This document shows positions 54,076 to 64,000 of a stretch of DNA of 64,000 bases, in pieces; the first letter of the stretch is position 1; the number at the start of each line of letters is the position of its first letter. The stretch spans positions 14,570,001 to 14,634,000 of the forward strand of contig OU015568.1 in NCBI GenBank assembly GCA_907165135.1, given 5' to 3'. The position numbers and the translations under genes were made by a program. The notes beneath the pieces were generated by a model. It did no database searches. It was not told the origin of the DNA and saw only the letters and a program-made list of their open reading frames with translations. The DNA is from Oikopleura dioica (lineage: Eukaryota > Animalia > Chordata).

Positions 54076-54527
54076 TGCTCTCACGGTTAGAGTCTGGCCT
54101 ACCTGATTTAGGGAAGATAGAGAGGAGACTCGAAAGAGTCTAATTATCTTATTAGAGTGTATTGTTTCAAAGGAATTTCGATGTTGCCATCAAGTTTAAA
54201 ACTAAGTTCTGAATAATCATTAGGGCCTCGGTAGGCTATCAAGTGAAATATTTTTTACCATAAATCCAATTTTTCCTAACCATCTTCAGTGATGTAGAAT
54301 AAACGGTTTAATTTCAACCAGGATTTTCACGAATTACCATTTAAATTTATAGTGAAACTGTTCACAGATAAAGTCAATTCGCATAAATTATGCGGCATAA
54401 ATTATGCCGCATAATACTACTATTCTTCCACAAGATACCTCAATTGGTTCGAAGATTCAACCCTCGAGGCAGAGTTACGAAAAAGAGAATCCTTGCAAGC
54501 TTCATAAAATCGAGTGAATTTTTTTTA

Positions 54528-55073
54528 ATGTCTGAGTATTCGGAAAGTTACGTTTCTTACGAGAAGGAAGATGTTTCGGCTTCAAAATTTTCTCAAGGAA
54601 TATCGAAATCAGAGATGGAAATGGTGATTGAAGCCAAATTACAATTCTACAAAACGAAACTTGTTGATTTTGAACAAGAACAGTACCAATTAAAACAGAA
54701 AAACGAGCAATTAATTAAGCAAGTTGAAGATTTAGAGAACCAAAATGAAACTCAAAAACTGACAATTTCTTCATTTGAAGAAAAAATTGAAGTGATAACG
54801 ATTGAGAGCGAAAAGAATAAAAAGACAATTAATGCATATGAAGAGAGATTTGAAAAATTGCAAAAGGCAATGCAATCAATTGAAAATATGGACAAAGAAA
54901 ACAAGCGAGAAATGGATGTGCTGGACGAGCAAATTTTTCTTTTGAAGAAAGAAAAGTACGAGCAAGATCTCAAAAGAAGAGAAAAGAAAATTTGCTCGAG
55001 AATAGCCAATGGTTGTTTTGCATTTATTCTTCTTGCAGTGATAGTCACTCTTATTAAAGTCTTCTTTTTATAA
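54528..55073 (+). CDS. Coiled-coil protein with C-terminal TM anchor (tail-anchored type), unknown function
   Basis: Single ORF from ATG 54528 with a heptad-rich E/K/Q segment, ending CFAFILLAVIVTLIKVFFL*. Confidence 0.7.
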   Translation: MSEYSESYVSYEKEDVSASKFSQGISKSEMEMVIEAKLQFYKTKLVDFEQEQYQLKQKNEQLIKQVEDLENQNETQKLTISSFEEKIEVITIESEKNKKTINAYEERFEKLQKAMQSIENMDKENKREMDVLDEQIFLLKKEKYEQDLKRREKKICSRIANGCFAFILLAVIVTLIKVFFL

Positions 55074-55245
55074 TAATAATAAATTTCTTACGGGTTTTAT
55101 GACGTCAGTTGAAAGCAACTATTAATTCTACTGAGTTCGTTGCATAATTTTGAACTCTGATGGTATTTCAGTAGCATTTACGCTGTAAATACACTGTCAT
55201 GGGCGGAGCAGAATCTTTTTCTGGGTTCATTTCTTTAAAATATCG

Positions 55246-58200
55246 ATGAAAACTACTAAATTATCTTTGATTTTTAGAGTCAATGTGGTTTCAGCGTCTT
55301 TCTTCGAGGAAACTTGCCCGTAATATGCGATTTAATTTTGAGTATAAAAATTTTCTAGAGACCAAGATCTTGGAGACGCCTGCGAGACCCAGTGTCGACT
55401 TACTTTTCTAGCCTGTCGAGAGGGATGCTCTGATACTCTTTGTGAGTCTGAATGCTTGACTGTCTACTCTGGTAAGTTATCGGAATGAAAAAGCTGGCTT
55501 TGATTTCAGAATGCGTGAATTCATGTCCTTGTTTCGCTGACTGTCAAAACGGCTGTATCGATTGCGATCATCCTCTTTGTTACTGTAGAAATCCAGAAAT
55601 ATCGAATCCGAGCTACAAACAGTGTGTTCATGAAAACAGTCAAGAGCTGAAAAAATGCATTGATTCTTGTAAAGCCGAAAAGCCCTGCTTCAACGAGTGC
55701 TACGATGAATTCATGCGCAAAGTAGATCAGTGCCCATGTATGATGGATTGTCCAGACGGTTGTCCATGTACAAATGGCTATAATTGCGAACCATTCATTA
55801 CTGTGCTCGGTCAGCGGAACACAGGGAATTTTAGCTATATAATCTCGAGCGATGGTCATTTCAAGGCAAGAAAAATATAACCAGACTTTAACAGACGTAT
55901 ATCTTTTCGGGTTGACTTCGTTAATAGATCATATGATTTTGTATCGAACGTTTTCGTTTATTGGATAAACTTCATCAGGATACTAAACTTAAGATGAACG
56001 AAAAAGAAACAGAGGAAAAAGAATACTTTTATGTTGAGAGAGCAGTGTGAAATTGCTAACTGAGGAAAACAGAAAAACAAGATCAAAAAATGGCTGTTTT
56101 TAGTCGAGCGCCAAGGTGGCCCAAAGGTGCTCTCTCAAGATAAAAGTATTCTTTTTCCTCTGTTTCTTTTTCGTTCATCTTAAGTTTAGTATCCTGATGA
56201 AGTTTATCCAATAAACGAAAACGTTCGATACAAAATCATATGATCTATTAACGAAGTCAACCCGAAAAGATATACATAAAGTAAAAATCTTGCTTTTGTT
56301 AATGCGTTTGATTATTATGATAAAATGAACAAAGAATTTCCACGATCAAAGTTCGTCAAAATTAAAAGTGACCCTACTTCAAAAGATATCGCAGATTTTA
56401 ATGAAAGCATTAAAATCCTAAAACCGTATCTCTCATGTTCTACTTTCAAATCTATTCAATGTAATCATAAAGTTAAATCGAGCTTTGGATTATTAAAAGT
56501 TCATAAACCAGCTCCACATCCAGTACGCCCAATTATTGGTGCGCCTGGTAGCATTACTGCGAATATTGAAAAATACATCTACTCCATTCTTTCCAAAATT
56601 GTTCCTGAGCTTAAATTCTCTTGTTCTTCTACTAAAGAATTTAAAAGTGCATTTACTAAAATCTCACCTCAAATAACATCAGAACATTCTATTTGGAGTG
56701 CAGATGTCGTGTCAATGTATCCATCAATTGACAATGCTAAAGCTATTGACGTGATTATTGAAATTCTTTATAAAAATCCTCTTCGATATTTTAGCCCGGA
56801 AGATCTTCCAGATGGCACTATTAGTTATTTTCCCCCTAAAGATGTTTTTCGATCTATTCTTGTTTCAGTCTTACAAAAGTTTACTTCTTTTTCCACTCAA
56901 GAAGGCTACTATAAACAGAAATTCGGTTGCTCCATGGGCTCCAGACTTGCCCCTCTAGTAGCTAATATTTACATCTCTAGCCTGGAAACTGAATTTCTTA
57001 CTACTGAAATTAAAAAGGGTAATATACTTTTCTGTAGGCGTTACGTCGACGACTACTGTCTTGTAACCAAAACTAGTGCCAAAAAACGAATTTTCAACTG
57101 TCTAAATAAGTTTGATCCGTCCATTAAAATGACCTGTGAAGATATGAAAGACAACTGTCTTCCTTATCTAGATACATGCATTAAACTTCATGACAATCAA
57201 TATCACTTATTCTTTTACGAGAAAGCTAACAAAAGTGATATCCTTCAGAACTTTCGTACTGGAATCGCTCCTCTTAATCAGAAAATATCAACGCTTACAG
57301 GCGAAATTTATCGCAGAAATAATACAACATCATGTCCGTATGCGTTGAATATTGCTCTTGAACAATTGACTGATCGCTTTCTTAAGAACTCATACCCGTT
57401 TCACCTCATTAAACGTATAATCAATGAAATTAAAAACAATAATTTCGAGCCACTGAAACGTGATGATTCTAAAATTGTGAAAAAGTTCAACTTGTGCCTC
57501 GATTTTACTAGTGAAAGATGCTACTCTATTGGACTTAGTCTTCAAAAACTCTTCCGAAAAGTAACACCTTCTTTTGCCTAGTCGTTAGTTGGAAAACCAT
57601 ACGACTCGAAAGAGCCTTAGGCAAATTTCTCAAAAGAGTCCCTGAAAAATACGATTTGTGTGATCTCATTTATTCCTGGAAATGTGACTGTAAAGCGCAA
57701 TACATTGGTCAGTCCAAACGAAGAGCTGGTATTCGTTGGACTGAACATGTTAATTCTAACAACCAGAATAAAAATGCGTCTTCTTCCATCTTCAAACATT
57801 TTTCCACTTGTAAGACCTTTCAAAAAAGCTATGAAACTTACATTAGTGAGCCAAGCACAAAAAATCTCACCAGTCAATACAAGACTAAAATCGCCCAATC
57901 GAAACTTGCTCTAGAGTCCTTTCACTCTAAAAATCCTCCGAAAATTCGATACAAATTTTCAAAAAATGACTATGCTTTAAAATACTTTGATGTTCTGCAA
58001 ACTAATCTAACTAATGAGAGTCAAAGGAGAAGCGCTGAACAATTTCTTATTTTACTGCATCGACCCTCCCTTAATGAACAATCTGATTTCAAACAGTTCA
58101 AAACTTTTTGATTTAGTCGAGCACTGTTTTGGGCCACCTTGGCGCTCGACTAAAAACAGCCATTTTTTGATCTTGTTTTTCTGTTTTCCTCAGTTAGCAA

Positions 58201-59409
58201 TTTCACACTGCTCTCTCAACATAAAAGTATTCTTTTTCCTCTGTTTCTTTTTCGTTCATCTTAAGTTTAGTATCCTGATGAAGTTTATCCAATAAACGAA
58301 AACGTTCGATACAAAATCATATGATCTTTTAACAGACGTATTCAAGGAAAATCGGTTATGGTCGATTCCAGACCCAATTTATTACGAGTCTCCGTCAAGT
58401 GATAAAGCGATCCCGTATTATTTGGGTGATATTGGAACGGGTTTTCTAAATGGGGAGATTTACCTTTTTGGTGGTGCTAATGACTGGAGAAAGGTGTATA
58501 ATTATCATAATAGAATCAATAAATTTCACAGGGTTAAGATTGCTAAGATTATTGACTGTTCAGTACAAGAAATTTCTATAAGGCTCAATAATAATTTTGA
58601 CTCATGGGTTGGCTCGTTGGTAACCGTACCTACTATTCCAAATGAAGTTTTGCTTTGTTTCGGAGAGGCGGGAACGGATGCACATCGAAGATGCGAAATT
58701 TTTAACGGGGTAGAGGCAAAAATGAACGCCTTTACCTTGAATAATCATCATCGGAATGGCTGCGTTGCATTAGATAACAACATGCCTACTGCTATTGGTG
58801 GAGGGACAAGCAACGACGAATTTCCAATGACCTCAACTGTTGAAGTTTGAGTTATAACTTATAAAAAATTAAAAGAGTCTAAGTCGAAATAGCTTTTTTA
58901 CAACTCTTGCTAGTTCTTGGTATTAGTGGTTGGACGTATGAGCAGGCGCATCCAAAAAAGCTCATTAATCTTGGGTGCCTATCAGTTGACAATGGGATCA
59001 TCACTATTGGAGGGGAAGAGCGCATCGACAATACCTGGGTGCAGACCAATCATATCTATCTTTTCCGCCAGAATTCTTGGTCTCTCGTCGGAAATTTACA
59101 AGAGGTTTCAAACAATTGTCTTTTATTGTGTGATTAAATTTTTCAGCCGACAAGAAGAACCTCAAACATCTTTTTCGGCTCATATTTTTTGTCATTCTCT
59201 GGAGCTTATGGGTGAGACTTTTATTTATTTTAATTTGTTATACTCTCAGAAATTCTGCAACTGAGCGAGCTGAGTGGAATGGAACTCACGTGACCTCGGC
59301 AAAAGTCATTAACCGAAATGATATTTACATGCCGGATGCAGTTATTTTTGAAACTTTGCCGGATCGCTGCGCAAATACTTGTGAAAGCTACTGCTTCCCT
59401 GTAGAATAA
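55246..59409 (+). CDS. Secreted Cys-rich plus Kelch-like beta-propeller protein; one intron expanded by a Penelope-like element
   Basis: MKTTKLSLIFRVNVVSA start; Cys-rich repeats CVNSCPCFADCQNGC and CPCMMDCPDGCPC. A GC-AG intron 55866-58346 joins SSDGHFK|ENRLWSIP in frame. Kelch-like LNGEIYLFGG, VLLCFG, TAIGG and ITIGG. Confidence 0.7.
55941..55983 (-). ncRNA. Minimal type I hammerhead ribozyme (inverted pLTR copy)
   Basis: Exact reverse complement of the 56189-56231 motif. Confidence 0.82.
56189..56231 (+). ncRNA. Minimal type I hammerhead ribozyme in pLTR
   Basis: GTATC-CTGATGA-A-GTTTAT(CCA)ATAAAC-GAA-AACGTT-C-GATAC: 5-bp stem I, core boxes, 6-bp stem II, palindromic mini stem III. UUC cleavage triplet ends at 56226. 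Confidence 0.85.
56325..58111 (+). pseudogene. Penelope-like reverse transcriptase plus GIY-YIG endonuclease, frameshifted at ~57575
   Basis: RT motifs VRPII, SADVVSMYPSI, QKFGCSMGSRLAP, RYVDD and LPYLD. After TAG 57579-57581 the -1 frame reads LVVSWKTIRLER...CDLIYSWKCDCKAQYIGQSKR...RWTEH, a GIY-YIG domain with Cys pair. Confidence 0.9.
58270..58312 (+). ncRNA. Minimal type I hammerhead ribozyme in 3' pLTR
   Basis: Identical 43-nt motif; predicted cleavage after 58307. Confidence 0.85.
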
Positions 59410-59612
59410 AAGAGTTCAGAAATAAAACATTTGATTTTGTTGACGTCATTGTAAAAATATTTTTTTAATTTTATTCCTGAGCTTTCAAGCTTATCTGCTC
59501 ATTTTCAAAGAAAGGTTGACAGGCTACGATCTAACAATTTGCTTAGAAGTAGTGTAAGGCGGATTGAAACATTTTGAAATTTTCGCTTTATTGAACAAAG
59601 GAACTCATGTAT

Positions 59613-61862
59613 CTAGTCAAAATCCAGATCATCGTAGCTGCTCAGAACACCTCGTGCATCTTGAAGAACTTTATCTTTGTACTCCAACTTTTTCTGAAAC
59701 ATGAAGGTCAATAAAAAAATGAAAATAAAGATCACAAACCGTGAATATGTATTTCTGGCGTTCAAATTCTTTTCTCTCAAGTTCTTGCGCGGCTTTCATT
59801 CGATTCATCTCCCGCATCCATTTTTCTTTCTCACGATGAAATACTTGCCTGATTAAATTATTAATTGAATGGCGAACTGGGCCTGTAATTTGAACATCAA
59901 TTTTAAGTGCTTACCTTTCATTCGCTATTTCATTTTTCATCTCCATCATCGCCATTTCGAGGCCTTGCTTTTGCACTTGCAGATTTTTAACTTGATTTGT
60001 CATCAGTTCTACAATTCGTTGATTTTGAATAGCTCCCATGGGTCCGTTACTCGCTACTTCAGGCTCACTTGATTTTTGGTATGAAAATGTAAATTCTTAT
60101 CGATTCGTACCTATGCAAAGAATAGTTCATCAGTGGTTCCTTGGGCAGGAAGGTTCTCTCTGGTCGCTGGCCAATTTTCATCTCAATTTTATTTTGACCC
60201 TTTACTACCGGTCCTCGTTGACCTGGGCTCGTCACCGTGTCTAAGGCCGGGTTTGACAGTGATCGTTGAGGCGATCTTGGAAAGTTTCTCGGCAACGTTG
60301 CGGATTGGCCGTACCCGTTCATCGTTATTGACGAGCTGGAACAAGTCGAGTTTGTTGGAGAACTCGGCGCGGAGACAACATCGCTCATGTTGTCAGTCGA
60401 TTCTCGACGGGACATTCGAGTAACTGCAGATTTTGGGACATTGAGCTTCAACATTTGACCTTTTGTAACCAAGGGTCGGTCATTCTTGCTCTGCCCGAGG
60501 CCGCGGAGGTCAACTTGCTGACGGGTCGAAGAAGGACTGGCCAAGGACTCTTGTGAGGATCGACGCTGGTTGTATTTGTCGAAGAGGGACAGGGGATGTG
60601 GTTGTTGTTCACGTTGCTCTCGTTGTCGCAAGAGCTGAAAACATGATGAAAAGCGATTTTTAGAGGCGCTAAGTTACCTTTTGCTCCCGATTCTGTCTAT
60701 CCTTCAAAATCCTCTCCATCGTCAGCTGCCGCTTCAAAGCCGGTGGTTCTTCCGGTTGATTTGGATTTTGAAGAAAATCAGCAAGATTGCCTCGATTCCT
60801 CATGTCAGCAATTTGAATCGCGCTCTTTCCGTATTTATTTTCAGTTTCTGCATCGGCACCGAGGTTCAGTAAAATTCTCATTTCGGGATTCTTTTTTTAG
60901 ATTTTTTTTAAATCAGATGATCGAAAACACGGTTGAAAACAAGACTGTCTAATCCTAAATTGCGTCATTTTTCAACACTTGGAAAGTTAGGAGACGGATA
61001 TTTATGATTTTCTTGTCTGTCGGAGTTCCGTTCTCTTCCTTGATTTCAAAAGCAAAAATGACCCCTTTCCTGGCGAGAATGACTCGGTCATTGTTAAAGT
61101 CGCCCTTGTCCCAGCCAGCATCGCCGCAGACCTTCAACAATCCTTCATTCAAAAGCACCTTGTCCAACTTCGCCAATGTCTTCTCTAGCGTATTTCCAAA
61201 TCCAAGCGAAGTCATCGCCACCATGTTTCGCCAAAACTGGTCGGAGTCTGAGCCTCTGAATTTTCAATTCATTTTCAACCTGTCAACAGATGTTATTTTT
61301 GGTCCTACCGAACTAGCAACGATTCTAGCTGGTGCGGTCGATCTCTCAACGCAGCGGCGATGATGGATTTCACCATTTTTGAGCGACGAGCAGCTTGCCA
61401 GATTACTGAGATCAGCCGACCGCCAACGTGGCTAACAGTAGATGTAAGTTAGGGTTAGACTCGAGATGCTTGAAGAGAAGACCTATCGGTACATTGGAGA
61501 TGCTTACTTGAGGACAGCTCCGTTTGAGATTAGCAATCGTAAAATGGCCACAATGGGTGGCCCGTGATTTTCAGACAGCGCCACTTGCAGCACTGAATTT
61601 CCCTAGAGAATATTCTAAAAACTTGCAGAAGCGAAAACTTCTGAACCTTCGAGTTGACATAATTGATATCAGCGCCGCGGGAGATCAAGTATTCCACAGC
61701 TGAAACACGTTGTTCTGGATTCTCACGGAAGTAGACCAGATGGCACAAGGGGGAGTCCCTCCAGCCAGAAGAAGATGGAAATCCATCGAGCTGGATCAGA
61801 TCGGGGTTCTCGTGAAGCAATATCCTGGTCTGATTCATATCCGCAGTTCTTAAAGTTTCCAT
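59613..61862 (-). CDS. Ankyrin-repeat protein with Ser/Pro-rich middle and C-terminal coiled coil; 5' end uncertain
   Basis: Ankyrin-like DSPLCHLV..VEYLISRGADINYVNSK|GNSVLQVA and RILLNLGADAETENKYGKSAIQIA. Low-complexity exon 60631-60150; coiled-coil exons ending DDLDFD* at 59615-59613. Confidence 0.7.
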
Positions 61863-62683
61863 CCAAAATGAAATGAACTTATTATTCTTCCTTTTCGATT
61901 TGAAAATGGAAAAAAAATCCGAATCGATTTTTTAACCGAGTTTATTATTCAAAAAAATTCTAAGATTTTTTTCTTATCAGAAAGATCCCTTTTTTATTAA
62001 TTTAGCTCGAAAAAATTTACCTCATTGCAACCATAAATTGTTCATCTTGTTCTGTAAACGGCCTTGGCTCGCCATATTGCTCTCTTATCATAATTTCTTG
62101 GCAAAATAAAAATCTAAATAAATTTCTGCCGTGTTGTCTCTGTTGCAGCGATTTGAAAGTGATAAGGTCAACTTGGCCGCTGCTCCGCGTCAGCCATCGT
62201 TAGCACCTCAAACGGGCCCATCCCAAGCCACATGCCTTCGAAATCCCCAGCTGATTTCAAAACGAAAACATGTGATTACTTTTGAAGACCTTTGGTAGAA
62301 ATAACCATTTATCGATCAGACACAATGCTAAAATTTCCTCACAGCAGTTCACCATCTGGGCAGCGTAACTTCCTCAGTCTTCCTGCTCGTTATTGAAATT
62401 TCTTTCATTGATTCTGATACCATGAACTGACTTTTCTTAATCCCCAAGTCAGACAAGGCGGAATTTCGTACAGTCATGATGAACCATTGGAGCAATACAA
62501 ATAAGGTGAATTAGGAGAATCACCTCTTTCTATTGAAAATATTATTATATATATATATATACATATTATATTATATTTATTATTAAAATATTATTATATA
62601 TAATAATTTATGTATAATTGAATAAATGCTGATATTGAATTGGCGCGGTGGTTTTTATCTGAGGCTGAGATCTTGCTCTAACT

Positions 62684-63208
62684 TTATACAAATTCCGTGC
62701 GGTCTGCATTACAATGCGTTTTGGTTTTTGGCAACGCCCGGCCTAAACGGAGCTCGGCCTTTCCAATTTGAATCTCTCTGCAAGAATTTCTGATTTCCGC
62801 GATTGTGCGCCCAATCTGGCACGGGAAGACAATTCCAGCTAAGGATAACAGCATAACTAGCTTTTGGCTGACTTCAGGAAAGGGCAAATCCGATCGGCCA
62901 TATTCCAGAGGTTTTATTCCGGATTCTGAATTTATTGCCTCGAATTATCAATTTTCAAATCAACGAAGACAAGAGCAAAATAACGGCGAATTTCAAAAAT
63001 AGAAATCTGCTTACGAAAGACGTTCTACGGGAAAATCTGGGCTAACGTTTGTTTTGATTTGTTTTGTTTCTGCCGGATCAGACTGTTTTAGCAACAACGG
63101 CCACTTCCGATGAGCGATAAACCTCTCCACCCTTTTTCGTCTTAGCCTTGCTTTTTTTTCAGCCGCTAAATCAGAATCCACGAGGCAGATTTGTTCAATT
63201 TTTAGCAT
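62684..63208 (-). CDS. Hypothetical two-exon protein (~140 aa)
   Basis: ORF 63208 (MLKIEQ...QIKTN) joins through a GT-AG intron in phase 0 to AINSESGIKPLEYGRSDLPFPEV...TEFV*. No recognisable family. Confidence 0.4.
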
Positions 63209-63362
63209 CTGATTTATTTACAGTTTTGTTTCTAGTCGTTTTCTTTTTGTGTTGTTTTCTTTTGAAGAAGGCGCACGGCGGATAGTATCAGATAAAATAA
63301 AGAAAATAGATAAATGAAGCAGAAAATGGGAGAAGGAAGAAATATTTTATCAACAATAATCT

Positions 63363-63598
63363 TCAGCCTTCGAATTTTAGACTGTGGTCGGTTTCCACGT
63401 GGCGTCGCAAGTCGACCTGAAGAATTTTTTAGTTAGAAAAAGGTTGGAAAGAGCTGAATTTTACCTTTCGCTGGAAAGTATTTGGGCAGATTCGGCAGGC
63501 AAAGGGAGCAATATTGTCGTGTTTTCGCATATGCGTTATGAGATTCGAGCTCTGGGAGAAGGATTTTCCACAGACACGGCACTTGTGCGGCTTTTCCC
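63363..63598 (-). CDS. GFI1: 3' exons of a GFI1/GFI1B/Senseless C2H2 zinc-finger transcription factor (5' part beyond the window)
   Basis: [41 protein letters not shown]|[14 protein letters not shown] matches the diagnostic last fingers of GFI1 ([20 protein letters not shown]). Not in the ORF track because there is no start codon in this frame. Confidence 0.88.
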
Positions 63599-64000
63599 CT
63601 GAAAGAAATGGTTAGGAACAAATTTGGGGGAGAAGAAAATTGGAATGGGGCGGGCTGAGCAAATTGTTTCCAAAACAGGCGAAAATCAAAAACTTCATTG
63701 TACGTGTTGCGACTAGAATTTTACATTAAACAAAAAAGACGTTTCTATTTATGCAACAATGTTTACGATTTGACACCTACGGAGCCACAATCCCCGCCAA
63801 AAACATTAATTCCCCAAATAAACCCTTCAATCTCCCTCTCTCTCTCTTTCCTGAAGTCACTAGAACTACCTACGGCACTAGAAATTTATATAATTAGTAT
63901 GGTTTGTTCAGCCTCCACGCCGGCGGTGTAAAAATATTTGCCGTTGTGGTGTAAATTAGTGGGGATCATAAATCGCCAAAAATTCGCAAATCCAGATTCA

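Larger units (their letters stand above)
55901..58327 (+). mobile_element. Penelope-like retroelement: inverted pLTR, partial direct pLTR, 5'-truncated RT-EN ORF, 3' pLTR
   Basis: 14-bp TSD TTTAACAGACGTAT at 55887-55900 and 58328-58341. 55901-~56124 is largely the reverse complement of the 3' pLTR (~58119-58327) and of ~56143-56277. Confidence 0.93.

Overview
Eukaryotic, very compact animal genomic DNA. Many 40-90 nt introns, frequent GA-AG and GC-AG introns and the lineage-type gene families make the appendicularian tunicate Oikopleura the best guess (inference). Exon structures were assembled by eye, so boundaries are approximate. Genes in order: a 5'-partial secreted-type protein with 7 tandem ~190-aa modules; a kinase fused to a papain-like domain; a CUB protein; GAPVD1; an EP400/Domino-like gene with a decayed ATPase; rhophilin; MMAB; a conventional PKC; a beta-1,4-galactosyltransferase (minus) probably hosting an ASTE1-like gene in its first intron; an ABCA transporter; several orphan membrane proteins; a Cys-rich/Kelch-like gene; an ankyrin protein; and the 3' end of a GFI1/Senseless gene. 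Main discovery: two independent hAT-type non-autonomous transposons (CAGGG termini, exact 8-bp TSDs) sit inside conserved coding exons of B4GALT and MMAB. In both, the TIR end offers a non-canonical G-initial donor that could splice the element out in frame, i.e. candidate transposon-born introns. Also present: a Penelope-like retroelement with a 14-bp TSD and three minimal hammerhead ribozymes, several MITEs, a 56-bp hairpin minisatellite and an unexplained dispersed 17-mer.
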